Assembly (NCBI GenBank): GCA_963812015.1
Contig: CAWETI010000003.1
Location: forward strand, 768,001-832,000
Length of the DNA stretch: 64,000 nucleotides
Source of the DNA: an uncultured delta proteobacterium
GTDB lineage: Bacteria > Desulfobacterota > Desulfobaccia > Desulfobaccales > 0-14-0-80-60-11
Direction: 5' to 3'
The position numbers were made by a program, and so were the translations under genes. This document shows positions 20,000-30,055 of this stretch, in pieces (the first letter of the stretch is position 1; each line of letters starts with the position of its first letter). Below the pieces are notes generated by a model that made no database searches, was not told the DNA's origin, and was given only the letters and a program-made list of their open reading frames with translations.

Positions 20000-22231
20000 T
20001 CAATTCGCAGCCTGGCGCTCTTCCGTCGTGGGTGCGGCTGCGTATTCGGGTTGCAAATCAACAAAAAACGTGGTGCCGGTGAGGCCCTCGGCGCCGTCCT
20101 CGGCCGCCCGGCTCTCAAAGCGGATGGTCCCGCCGTATTTGGTGATAATGGCATAACTGACGGCCAGTCCGAGACCGGTGCCTTCCCCCACTTTCTTGGT
20201 GGTGAAGAAGGGCACGAAGATCCGGTCGGTATACTGCTTGGGAATGCCGGCGCCGGTGTCGGCAAAGACGGTTTCCACCATGTGATTATAGGGGTTGATC
20301 TTGGTGATCACGGTGAGTTTGCCGCCGCCGGGCATGGCCGCCACGGCATTGTTGATCAGGTTGAGAAAGACCTGTTGGAGCTCCCCGGCATCGCCCCGGA
20401 CCCGGGGGAGTTCCTTGGCCAGCCGCAGGTCGACGTCCACCTTCTTGGTCAGCAGGTTGTTCTTGACCAAGGCCAGGACATTGGCGATGTCTTCGTTGAT
20501 ATCGGTGAAATCCTCGTGGGTGGCCGGCTGGCGGGCAAAGGTCATGAGGTTTTCGACGATGCGCTTGGCGTTGAGGCCCTGGCGTTCGATGGTCTTGAGC
20601 ATCTCGTGCTCTTTGCTGTCCGGCGGCAGCCGATCCAGCAAAATTTCGGCAAAGCCCAGCATGACGCCCACGGGGTTGTTGATCTCGTGGGCCACCCCGG
20701 CGGCCAGGGTGCCCAGGGAGGCCAGTTTCTCGGTTTGGGCCATCTGATTTTCCATCTGTTGGCGGTCGGTGATGTCCCGGGCCATGACCAGCACTTGCTC
20801 CACGGAGCGGCCGTCCTCTCCAAAGATGGGCACATAGTGGGTGGAAAACCAATAGACCCGGTCCTTGATGCGCATGGCGGCCTGGATCTCGGAGCTCTTC
20901 CGGGTATGCACCGCGTCCTGGACCCAGCTGAGCATGGCGTCGGCGTCTTCCCGGGCCAGGAGATCGGCAATATTCTTTCTGACGATACCGGCCGCGGGGA
21001 TGCCCAAGAGCCGGGCCATAGCGTTGTTGGCGCTGAGGAAGGCGCCCCCTTCATCCACCAGGAAGATCAGGTCCCGGGCATTTTCCACCACCGACTTATA
21101 CTGCGTCTGGCTGCGGCGCAGGTCACTGGTGGTGCGGGCCACTTCCGACTGCAGCTCCACCGACCAGCGGGATTCGTAGTAGATAACCGCCGCCGCCGCC
21201 AGAATCAGGGCGAAGATGAGGATGCCCTGGATGAGGAATTGCCGCACGTACAGGGAATGGATGGTGCCGTAGACTTCGTCGGTGGGGGCCACCACCGCCA
21301 CGGGCCAGATGCGGTCCCCGTCCCGGTTGACATTGGCGTGGGTATAAGCCAGGAATTTTTCCATCTGGCGGATGACGCCTCGATGCCAGCCGGAAATATA
21401 CCGGGACGTCCCCTCCTCCCCCGCCAGCATCTTGGTCTTCTGGATCTCGTTGATCTTGGCGAAGCTGATGGCCGGGTTCCGGCGCCCCCGGGCGGTGAAG
21501 GCATCCTGGCCGATGAATTCCTTTTCGGGATGATAGAGGAAGATGCCCTTATTGTTCGTCACCCAGCAGTAACCGGTGCGGCCGGAGCGGATGTCGGCGC
21601 AATAATTGGCAGCAAAGGCGCTGACATCGATCTTGAAAATCAGCACCCCGTTCAGCTTGCCCCCGGCTTTGGGATGGGAGGCGTCCACGCTCTCTTCATA
21701 CACCGGCGTGGCCATGACCATGATGGGGACTTTGAAGTCGCCCTGGCTGACAACCTCGATGGGGCCCTGGTAGATAAGCCCCCGGTTGGCCGGGTCCCGG
21801 GCCCACGCCACCTCGGGAGCACTGCTGAAGTCCTGGCGGATGACGTGGGGGCCGCCGGTGTCCAGCACATAGGCTCTGTCAGCCGCGGGCCCGGTAAAGT
21901 CGATGCGTTCGATGGCCGTCACTCCCAGTTTGGGGAGTTCGGCGAAACTGACCCGCATGCGGTCGGCCCAGGCCACGTTCTCCAGGTACTGGATGGAGGG
22001 AGAATAGGCCAAGATTCGCAGTTCCCGCCGCAGGAATGCCAGGCCGTCCTCGATCTGCCGGGCGGTGGATTTGGCCAGGATGAGCTGCTGCTGCTGAAAG
22101 TCGTCGGAGACGATCTCTTGGGTGCGCTTCAGGGAGAGAATCCCCAGGATAAAGGCCACTGCCAACAGCCCGATCACCAGGGCGCCCAGGACCGTGAGCA
22201 GCCGCCGAAAGACAATCTTCTGGATGGTCAA
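20000..22231 (-). CDS. Sensor histidine kinase (dCache-PAS-HisKA-HATPase)
   Basis: TM-flanked Cache-like region (GYCWVTNNKGIFLYHP), PAS, AHEINNP, DTGAG, GTGLGL. Confidence 0.88.
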   Translation of the reverse strand: MTIQKIVFRRLLTVLGALVIGLLAVAFILGILSLKRTQEIVSDDFQQQQLILAKSTARQIEDGLAFLRRELRILAYSPSIQYLENVAWADRMRVSFAELPKLGVTAIERIDFTGPAADRAYVLDTGGPHVIRQDFSSAPEVAWARDPANRGLIYQGPIEVVSQGDFKVPIMVMATPVYEESVDASHPKAGGKLNGVLIFKIDVSAFAANYCADIRSGRTGYCWVTNNKGIFLYHPEKEFIGQDAFTARGRRNPAISFAKINEIQKTKMLAGEEGTSRYISGWHRGVIRQMEKFLAYTHANVNRDGDRIWPVAVVAPTDEVYGTIHSLYVRQFLIQGILIFALILAAAAVIYYESRWSVELQSEVARTTSDLRRSQTQYKSVVENARDLIFLVDEGGAFLSANNAMARLLGIPAAGIVRKNIADLLAREDADAMLSWVQDAVHTRKSSEIQAAMRIKDRVYWFSTHYVPIFGEDGRSVEQVLVMARDITDRQQMENQMAQTEKLASLGTLAAGVAHEINNPVGVMLGFAEILLDRLPPDSKEHEMLKTIERQGLNAKRIVENLMTFARQPATHEDFTDINEDIANVLALVKNNLLTKKVDVDLRLAKELPRVRGDAGELQQVFLNLINNAVAAMPGGGKLTVITKINPYNHMVETVFADTGAGIPKQYTDRIFVPFFTTKKVGEGTGLGLAVSYAIITKYGGTIRFESRAAEDGAEGLTGTTFFVDLQPEYAAAPTTEERQAAN

Positions 22232-22245
22232 AGGCAGGCCTCCTC

Positions 22246-24789
22246 TCAGCGCGGCAGGATGTGGCCTTCAGAAAAATCACGGTAATACTGCTCCACCGCG
22301 TCTTCCGAAAGCATGACCATGTCCAGTTGCTTGGAAACCATCATCAGCCGGCCCAGGACTTCCAGCTTATCCTCCAGGACCTCGGGATCATAGCCGGCGA
22401 CGCGGGCGGTAATGGAGTCTTCCTTGGGTTCCACCCGGAAATCCAAATCTTCCAGGACCCGGGTCAGGAAGCGAACCCGGCGCATGCGCCGGGGCAACTC
22501 GGCGCCACCGCCGTAAAAGGTGAAACTCACATAACTCTCTTCCGGGACCCCCAGGAAAGCCTCGATGGTGGCGAAATGGAAGCCCAACCGATTGGAAAGA
22601 TTCATATAATCGTTGGTGATAATGGCAAAGTTCTTTTCGTGGAGCCGTTCACGGATGTTGGTGTCGGTGGCGGTGCTCATGACCACGGACATAAAACCGG
22701 CCAGATCCACGGGCTTGGGACCCTGCCAGCCCACCGCGCTTACCCCCCGCCAGTAGGCCCGCATGGGCCGAGACGTAAGATGCTCGGGCCGGACCTGGGA
22801 CAGATTTGCAGCCTCGGGGCTTAGGCCACCGCCCAGGTCAATGATGGACAGTTCCAGGGGGATGGCGCTTACCAATCGCCGGGCTCCGTCCTCATCCAGC
22901 CGCCCGGAGGAGAGCTGGAAGAGCTCTTCCATGGCCTTTTCATGGGCGAAACGGGTGATGTCATGATAGGAGGTACAGCCCTCGGGACGGAAGTTTTCGC
23001 CCCGGGGGTCCAGGAGATGGAGGGGGGTGATGTGCGGCAAAACCCGCTCCAGCACCTTGTAGGCCCGGGTCTGGCGCACAGCCTCATCGCCACCCCGGGG
23101 GGCCTTGAGCAATTCCTCCAACCGGCCGGCATAGACGTTGCCATAGTAGGCGTCCACGGTGACCACCTCCCCCGGACGCAGCCGGCTGGCGGCTTCTTTG
23201 GCGCCGAACAGTGCCGGGATCCTGGCCTCCCGCAGCACCGTGGCCAGGTGGCTGGTGGCGCTGCCCGCTTCGCAGACCATCGCCGCCACCCGGCCCACCA
23301 CCACGCCGTACTCCGGCAAGGCCCGGGAGGTCACCAGCACCGCGTCCTGGGGGATGTCATCCAGGCCCTTGTCCTGGAGCAGATAGACCGGGCCCGCGGC
23401 CGCTCCCCGGGAGGCGATGATGCCATTTGACAGGAGCAGGTCGGCCCCCTTGATCTGGGGCGGCAGGTAATCGGCTTTAAGCTGCCGGCTTACCCGCAGC
23501 GGCCGGGCCTGCAACAGATAAAAGTTGCCCTGGGTATCCCGGGCCCACTCAATATCCTGGGGCAAGCCAAAGTGCTCCTTGACCCGTTGGCCCAGTTGGG
23601 CCAGGGCCATAGCCTGACTCTCATCCAGGCATGGTCCCCGGAGGTCTGCCGGGGTGGCCACGTCCAAGATGCCGCCTTCCGGGGCGGCCACGTGCATGTG
23701 AGTCTTCTCGCCCACGTTTTGGGCCACCAACCGGTTGTCTTCGACCCGGTAAATGTCCGGCTCCACCACGCCGCCCACCGCCAGGGAGCCCAGCCCGGAG
23801 ACGGCGTTGATGATGGTGCCCTCACCGCCCCGGGGATCGTCGGTATAGAGTACCCCGGCACAGCTGGCCTCCAGCATTTCCATGACCAGGACCCCCATGG
23901 CGAGCTCCTGGTAGGAAAAGCCGCTGGTATGACAGTAATAGAGGGCCCGGGGGGTGAATTGGGAGGCGATGACCTCTTTGTAGCGAAGTTCCACCTGGTC
24001 CCGGGGCACGTTGAGCACGGACTCAAACTGGCCGGCAAAGCTAAAGAAGCTATCCTCCTGGAGAGAGGAACTGCGCACCGCCACCCGGTCGGAGTTTAAG
24101 CCCGCCAGTTGGGCATCGATGGCCCGGGAGAGCTCCGGCGGCAGGGGCTGGTCCATGATCTTTTGCCGGATGACTTCCCCCGCCTCCCGCAGGCTTTCCA
24201 GATCGCGGATATGCGAGTGGGCGATGGCCTCTCGGATGAATTCCTCCAACTCTCCTGTCTCAAAGAAGAGCTTTTGGGCATAGGCGCTCACCCCAAAGCC
24301 GGCGGGGACCGAGAACCCCAGGCGGGTCAGTTCACCCAATTTCTCGGCCTTGCCCCCAAAGAAGAGGCCGTCCAGAACTTGGGACAGGGGCAGCGCCAGG
24401 GGCACCGGCTTCAACTTGGCCCCCTCCAGTTCCTCCGCCACCAGGTGGGCCACCCGTTGGCGGGCGGTATCCAGGCCGAGGTAGCGGCCTTGGGACATGC
24501 CATTCAGGGCCGTCACCATGGCCTCGACCTCCTGGCCCAGCCGGTCGCAGGCCTGTCGGACATAATACATGTCAAACAGGAAGCCCTCGGCCATTTTGAC
24601 CTGGATATCCGCCACAGTGGTGAGAATGGCGCTGTTGGCCGCCAGGAGGCGCTTATATTGGAGATAGCGTTCCAGGAGGACGGGGGGAGGGCCCAGGGAT
24701 ACGGAAGACGGCCGCGACGTGCGCTTGCGGGTGAACCAATTCTTTAACTTCCCGAGAGCCGTGGCCACCGAATATTCCTTTAACTGCAC
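22246..24789 (-). CDS. PEP synthase/PPDK-like protein (ATP-grasp plus phosphohistidine swivel domain, atypical C-terminus)
   Basis: GGKA, VAVRSS...SFAGQF, PQDIEW, LLQARP, GSATSHLATVLRE. Confidence 0.82.
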   Translation of the reverse strand: MQLKEYSVATALGKLKNWFTRKRTSRPSSVSLGPPPVLLERYLQYKRLLAANSAILTTVADIQVKMAEGFLFDMYYVRQACDRLGQEVEAMVTALNGMSQGRYLGLDTARQRVAHLVAEELEGAKLKPVPLALPLSQVLDGLFFGGKAEKLGELTRLGFSVPAGFGVSAYAQKLFFETGELEEFIREAIAHSHIRDLESLREAGEVIRQKIMDQPLPPELSRAIDAQLAGLNSDRVAVRSSSLQEDSFFSFAGQFESVLNVPRDQVELRYKEVIASQFTPRALYYCHTSGFSYQELAMGVLVMEMLEASCAGVLYTDDPRGGEGTIINAVSGLGSLAVGGVVEPDIYRVEDNRLVAQNVGEKTHMHVAAPEGGILDVATPADLRGPCLDESQAMALAQLGQRVKEHFGLPQDIEWARDTQGNFYLLQARPLRVSRQLKADYLPPQIKGADLLLSNGIIASRGAAAGPVYLLQDKGLDDIPQDAVLVTSRALPEYGVVVGRVAAMVCEAGSATSHLATVLREARIPALFGAKEAASRLRPGEVVTVDAYYGNVYAGRLEELLKAPRGGDEAVRQTRAYKVLERVLPHITPLHLLDPRGENFRPEGCTSYHDITRFAHEKAMEELFQLSSGRLDEDGARRLVSAIPLELSIIDLGGGLSPEAANLSQVRPEHLTSRPMRAYWRGVSAVGWQGPKPVDLAGFMSVVMSTATDTNIRERLHEKNFAIITNDYMNLSNRLGFHFATIEAFLGVPEESYVSFTFYGGGAELPRRMRRVRFLTRVLEDLDFRVEPKEDSITARVAGYDPEVLEDKLEVLGRLMMVSKQLDMVMLSEDAVEQYYRDFSEGHILPR

Positions 24790-25095
24790 TTATGGTTTCC
24801 TAATCATTATAGAAGAAACTGGCCTGGTCCTCAACTGTCAAATGCACCCCGCGGCCGGGGTTGGCTCAGGTGAGGACTTTTCTGCCGCGGCCTCGGCCGA
24901 GATCTCTGCCATTATCGTCAACCGCGCCTCCCGGTCCAACCCGCCAGGAAGCACCGGGGGCTCTCATCAGGTGACCGCTGGGGTCCGGTCCGGCGGCTGT
25001 AAGAGATTTCAGTTGACATAACGAGGGTTTTGCGATTTCATGGGCGTGTTTCATCAGACCTTCATCGACTTAATTTCGGTGCTCCGGAGGTTCAC

Positions 25096-25935
25096 ATGCC
25101 TCAATGCCCCCATTGCCAGACCGAGTATGACGTGGGCCAGCGCTATTGCAGCACGTGCGGCAGTTTCTTGCTGCACCCGGAACAGGGGGATACCTTTTGT
25201 CCCCAGTGCGGCGTGCGCGTTTCACCCCTCCAGGAATTCTGCCATGAGTGCGATGCTCCCTTGAAAGGGGGCAAAGCCCCCCACGAACCTTTAGGGGCCG
25301 TGCCGGAGGCTGAAGCGCCGGCCCCGGAGCCCGCACCAGTGCGAGTCCCCCCCGCCGGTATGCCGTCCTGGCTCATCGGTTTGCTGGTGGGCTCGGGGAT
25401 AGTCATCATCATCTTGCTGGTCTTGCTGTTCAGTCGGGGCACGTCACCGCCCCCGGCGCCGCCTCCGGCTCCCAAAGCCGAAGCGCCAGCTCCCGCCCCC
25501 GCCACTCCGGCCCCGGCCCCAACTGCCCCGGTAGCTCCGGCTCCCAGCGCCCCGCCTGCTCAACCGGCCCCCGCCGCCGCCACGGACCTCAAGGCTCAAT
25601 TGCAGAGCGTGCTCTCCGCCTTACGGGACGCCCAGTTGAACAAGGACATCCTCCAGTTTATGAGCGTTTATTCCCTCACCTACCCGGGACTGGACGACAA
25701 GCGGGCCAAGACCTTGAAAGCCTGGGAAACCTTTGATTTCACCACCCTGGCGTTCACCATCGACAAGGTGCAGTCCATCGACGCCAATAACGCCATTGCC
25801 TGGGTAACCTGGTATGTTGACACCAGGAACCGGCGGTCGCAAGAACTGTCAAGCGCTTCCCAGACCTATCAGGTGCGGTTCGCCAAGGAGATGGACAAAT
25901 GGCGCATCCGTTCCCTGGAAGAGGTGGAACAATAG
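25096..25935 (+). CDS. Double zinc-ribbon membrane protein with Pro/Ala linker and NTF2-like C-terminal domain
   Basis: Four CxxC pairs, one TM helix, Pro/Ala-rich linker, C-terminal KWRI; GGAGG RBS. Confidence 0.7.
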   Translation: MPQCPHCQTEYDVGQRYCSTCGSFLLHPEQGDTFCPQCGVRVSPLQEFCHECDAPLKGGKAPHEPLGAVPEAEAPAPEPAPVRVPPAGMPSWLIGLLVGSGIVIIILLVLLFSRGTSPPPAPPPAPKAEAPAPAPATPAPAPTAPVAPAPSAPPAQPAPAAATDLKAQLQSVLSALRDAQLNKDILQFMSVYSLTYPGLDDKRAKTLKAWETFDFTTLAFTIDKVQSIDANNAIAWVTWYVDTRNRRSQELSSASQTYQVRFAKEMDKWRIRSLEEVEQ

Positions 25936-25969
25936 GGGAAATACCCCCTATCCCAAATGTGAAAAAAGA

Positions 25970-25996
25970 AGGGGCGACCCGCCGGGTCGCCCCTGC
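25970..25996. repeat. REP-like palindrome / terminator
   Basis: aggggcgacccgccgggtcgcccct. Confidence 0.65.
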
Positions 25997-26239
25997 AATT
26001 GCGGATCTTTTGATTGCGAGCAGGTATAAACCCCCACCTACAATCCCCATATCTGGTTAAATTCACATAATTTTTTGGTGAGGATGAGGCAGTTGACGGC
26101 CTCGCCGTTTCATCGGACCAATTTTTGCCGCAAATAATCTCGCCATGGTGCCGCTGGAGACCGGGAGTGTCTAGCCGGCAAGCCTCTTTATTTTCAGCAT
26201 ATTTCGTTAAAGCGCCGGAGACGTTGCGGAACGAGACCA

Positions 26240-26605
26240 TCAGGGCCGGCCACCCCGGCCCAGGCGGCAGCGTTCCAGGAGATTTTGTTGGGCGTGGAGG
26301 CGGAGGGACTCCCGGATGCAGCCCAAGGCGACGTTAAGGGAGCGGAGATCAAGGGCGGAATTGAAGAGGCGGTCCAGGCGGACATCCAGGAGGTCCAGTT
26401 TTTCCAGGAGGGCGGCTTGGCGGGACTGGTCTGCCTGGCGCTGCTGAAAGTCAAGGTGGCGGGCGAGATGCTTGGTGTGGCGGCAGAGGGCGGAGGGGCT
26501 GAGGCCGAATTGTGCGGCCAGGGAGCGGTAGGGCACCCCCTGCATGAGGCCGCGGTCGATCTCCGGGCGGGAGGGGTGAGAGCAGACGGAACAGCGTTGC
26601 ACCAT
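26240..26605 (-). CDS. Small CxxC + HTH-like hypothetical protein
   Basis: CSVCSH...GVPYRSLAAQFGLSPSALCRH; GGAG RBS upstream. Confidence 0.6.
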   Translation of the reverse strand: MVQRCSVCSHPSRPEIDRGLMQGVPYRSLAAQFGLSPSALCRHTKHLARHLDFQQRQADQSRQAALLEKLDLLDVRLDRLFNSALDLRSLNVALGCIRESLRLHAQQNLLERCRLGRGGRP

Positions 26606-26740
26606 AAAGGGACTCCAGGGCTGAAATTTCCGCAGGATGCCGGATGGATTTCAGGTTATCAAGGGAGGGGAGGGGGGGCCAGCACGGGCGGGACGGGTGG
26701 CAGGAAACCGTGGTAATAAGTGAAGGTGTGATGGTCTAGA

Positions 26741-26770
26741 GACCAGACCAGACCAGACCAGACCAGACAA
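26741..26770. repeat. Pentanucleotide tandem repeat (GACCA)5 + GACAA
   Basis: Read directly from the sequence. Confidence 0.9.
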
Positions 26771-27126
26771 TCTCTCTATCAGGCATAATATCAATCGGAC
26801 AAAAAGGATTCTGGAAACCCCCCACAAAAAGGAAATTTCTCTATTCAGAGCATATCAATAATTTATTCAAGAAACCCGATAAGTTTTCTTTGTGGCAAGT
26901 TCTATAAACTTTTGTATCCCAAGTTTTCACTTTGGCAAACCATCTCTGGCTTGACTTGATTCCCACTCTAACTTAAAACTTGGTACGACTGCTGGGGGCA
27001 GGTCACCGGGGCTTCCAAATGAAGCGACGATAATTATCGGAATAATCTACATCACTACCAGATTTATGGTTCAATCGGAATGACAGCCAATGTGATAGAC
27101 AATTTTCCAACGGGCGATGAGCTGGT

Positions 27127-28245
27127 GTGGTAATGCTGAGGGCGGTTCTTTTCAGAATTATTGGCGTGCTCCTGGGTTTTCTGGTGGCTTTTGCCATGGC
27201 TGAAGGAGCGGTGCGGCTTTTCTGCCCTCAAGAGGTGGGACCGGTTCGGTTTGCCTGTCACCCACAACTGGGAGAGATTCCGGTGCCCGGCCAACACGGG
27301 GTGAGAAGGTTACCCGGAGTTTTCACCTCTACGTACAGTAATAACTCCCTGGGATGGCGCGGGTCTCGGGAATACCGGGAGGCAAAACAGACCGAATATC
27401 GGGTCCTCTTCCTGGGAGATTCTTTTACCTATGGAATCGGCGTCAACGACGATCAGACTTTTGCCGCCCTGGTGGAAAAGTTTTTAACTTCGGACCATCT
27501 GTCCGTTGAAGTTATGAACGCAGGCGACCCCGGCAAAGGGACCGATTATGCATTAAAGTTATATCAAACGGTGGGGCGGAAATTTTATCCCGATCTCGTC
27601 GTATATTGTGCTTTTTTTGCAATGATTTATAGGAATGAGCGGGGCGAGTATTATAATGTAGGGAACCACGGCGACCTTCAGGCTAAGGCGGTAATCTGCC
27701 GCGGAGGCCTGATAAAAACCGTGCTGGCCCATCTGCCCGGCTACAATTGGCTGATTTCCTGGTCCCAGGCAGCTAATTTGGTCAAAGAGGCGGGGGTGGA
27801 GCTGCTGATTAAATGGGCCACCAGAAATGGCTCTGACGTTACGGAAGGCCTGGTGCTGGCATATAAGAAAAATGCCAACGGTTGTTCGACCGAGGCCAAT
27901 AAATTAACCCGGATTTATGCGGACCAATTGCACGCTGCAGTAAAAAATGCCGGTGGAAAGCTGGTGATATTTTATATTCCCAACTCCCAGGAAGTCCGGG
28001 AGTATCGGCAGAACCGCACCTTTTCCGCCGATGAGCAGGTCTTTCAGCTTATTGCGGCCGATAACGGCATGACGCTGTGGTCCTTGACCCCCTTATTGGC
28101 CCACTCGGGCCAACCTATCGATCGCCTATACTATAAAGAAGGTCATTGGACTGCGGTTGCGCATGAATTGGCGGCTCACTATATGAGCGGGCTGATCGAG
28201 AGCCGACTTTTGCAAAACCCCCAACTGAAACCATCTGATCCCTAA
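27127..28245 (+). CDS. SGNH/GDSL hydrolase family membrane-anchored protein (possibly degenerate)
   Basis: NSLGWRG, FLGDSFTYG, NAG, EGHW. Confidence 0.75.
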   Translation: MVMLRAVLFRIIGVLLGFLVAFAMAEGAVRLFCPQEVGPVRFACHPQLGEIPVPGQHGVRRLPGVFTSTYSNNSLGWRGSREYREAKQTEYRVLFLGDSFTYGIGVNDDQTFAALVEKFLTSDHLSVEVMNAGDPGKGTDYALKLYQTVGRKFYPDLVVYCAFFAMIYRNERGEYYNVGNHGDLQAKAVICRGGLIKTVLAHLPGYNWLISWSQAANLVKEAGVELLIKWATRNGSDVTEGLVLAYKKNANGCSTEANKLTRIYADQLHAAVKNAGGKLVIFYIPNSQEVREYRQNRTFSADEQVFQLIAADNGMTLWSLTPLLAHSGQPIDRLYYKEGHWTAVAHELAAHYMSGLIESRLLQNPQLKPSDP

Positions 28246-28288
28246 ATGACAGAATAAAATTCTTGTGGTGCCAATCGAAAGGAGGGAA

Positions 28289-30025
28289 ATGGAACGCACT
28301 GATCTTCCGGCGAGTCAGGGGGGAACGATGGCGGTATCAAGGCCGCAACTGGCCTGGGTGGTCCTGCTTTCCGGGGCGGTTTTCCTCTGCGCTCACCTCC
28401 CTGCTTTCACCAACCCATTCGTCATCAACGACGACGTTCGCCAGCAAATCTACTGGATGCAACAGTGGCTGGACCCGGGACTCTTCCGGGACGATCTTCT
28501 CACCGACTACGCCCGCTATTACGTCCCCTGGGGAGTCAAGGCCATTTATTGGCTGGCTTCCTGGGTCATAGGACCCCTCGCTTTCTCCAAGATCCTACCG
28601 GGCCTGCTGTTTGTCTTTCTGGGCCTCTGCCTTTTCCAGATCGGGGCGAAATTGGGAGACCGAATCCTGGCCTGGACCACGTTGGGTATCTACTGGCTGA
28701 CCCCCTTCTTTCTGGACAACCTGGCGGGAGGCCTGGCCCGGGGGTTCGCCGCTCCGCTGCTGGCCCTGCTGCTCCTTGCTTGGCTGGACCGCCGGCCCTG
28801 GCTCATGGCCTTGGCTCTGCTGTTGCAGGCTTTTTTCATCCCTTATATCTTCCTGGTGGGTGCGGCAGCCGTAACCCTGGCCTGGCTATGGGCCCGCGGC
28901 GGCTCCTTCAACCCGCCTCCCTTTCCGTCGCGGCCAGCCCATTTTCTCCTCCTGTTAGCCGGGGCCTGCCTGGTGGCGCTCATGAACTTCGACTACGTGG
29001 GAGCCGGCTTCGGACCGCTGGTGAGCGCCACGCAGATGAGCCACCGGCCCGAGTTCGGCGCCCAGGGCCGCTACGCCATGCTGCCCGTGCCATCGCTCCT
29101 CTGGGAACTGATCCAGCCCTGGGAATTCATCGCCCCTTTTCGCGAGGGCGGCCCGCTAGCCGGGGTAACAGTGTGCGTGGTGGTGGTGGCCCTGGGGGCC
29201 ATCGGCGTGTTCCAGGTGGATTGGCGGGCCTTGAAAGACAGGCTCAGGCCATTCTGGTGGGTCGCGCTCTCCTCCGTGCTGCTCTACTTCCTGGCCCGCA
29301 TCTTCTTGCTGAAACTCTTTATCCCAGACCGTTACGTGAGCTATACCTTCAATCTATTTTATTGCCTGGCTCTGGCCCTGTGCCTGAGGTCGGCTCTAAA
29401 AATCGGCCAGTGGCCCCGGAACCTGGCTCTCCTGGCTTTGCTGCTGGCGGCGCTAATCAGCGCCGTGCGGCTTTACGGGGTAGGTCTCAAGGATTATTCC
29501 GCCTACCAAACCCTATATGCGGCCCTAGCAGCCACTCCCAAAGATGCCCTCTTTGCCGGTCACCCCTACCTGATGGACAACATCCCCACCTTCGCCCGTC
29601 GTCGGGCCTTGGCCATTTATAAGCTGGCCCATCCCTGGAGCAAAGGTTACTGGCAAAAACTACAGCCCCGCCTCCATGACCTTTTCAACGCTTACTACGC
29701 CGCCGACCCCCAGGAGGTGATCGCCTTTTGCCGGAAGTACGGCATCGCCTTCCTTATCGTTGATGAGCGTCATTTTACCCCGGCCTTCCTCAAAGGCGGG
29801 TTCTTTCTCTTTCCCTATGACAAACTCCACATCCCGGGCCCTAAGCCAATTCTGACTGAAAGAAATTTATGCCCCTTTTTCGCCCCGTTTAACGATCAAA
29901 TCCGCCACCTTACGGCAGGTCGGCAAAATTTTGCCTTGCTCTCAGATGCCACTTTCCATCCCCAGATCATAGACCAGCATGTGCGCCTGATCGATATGCG
30001 CCCCTGGCTGGCCTACCAGCCATAA
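28289..30025 (+). CDS. Polytopic membrane protein, GT-C-like glycosyltransferase candidate
   Basis: INDDVRQ acidic loop after TM1, ~12 TM helices, PDRY, soluble C-terminal domain; GGAGG RBS. Confidence 0.55.
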   Translation: MERTDLPASQGGTMAVSRPQLAWVVLLSGAVFLCAHLPAFTNPFVINDDVRQQIYWMQQWLDPGLFRDDLLTDYARYYVPWGVKAIYWLASWVIGPLAFSKILPGLLFVFLGLCLFQIGAKLGDRILAWTTLGIYWLTPFFLDNLAGGLARGFAAPLLALLLLAWLDRRPWLMALALLLQAFFIPYIFLVGAAAVTLAWLWARGGSFNPPPFPSRPAHFLLLLAGACLVALMNFDYVGAGFGPLVSATQMSHRPEFGAQGRYAMLPVPSLLWELIQPWEFIAPFREGGPLAGVTVCVVVVALGAIGVFQVDWRALKDRLRPFWWVALSSVLLYFLARIFLLKLFIPDRYVSYTFNLFYCLALALCLRSALKIGQWPRNLALLALLLAALISAVRLYGVGLKDYSAYQTLYAALAATPKDALFAGHPYLMDNIPTFARRRALAIYKLAHPWSKGYWQKLQPRLHDLFNAYYAADPQEVIAFCRKYGIAFLIVDERHFTPAFLKGGFFLFPYDKLHIPGPKPILTERNLCPFFAPFNDQIRHLTAGRQNFALLSDATFHPQIIDQHVRLIDMRPWLAYQP

Positions 30026-30055
30026 TCCAAAGCCTTGGTCGGATTCTTGCTATAA

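Noticed and set aside
19577..22285. 902-aa plus-strand ORF and many other long overlapping ORFs
   Set aside because: Antisense shadows of well-supported genes in GC-rich DNA, with no recognisable motifs
25440..25585. GC-rich quasi-repeats
   Set aside because: They encode a Pro/Ala linker within a coding region
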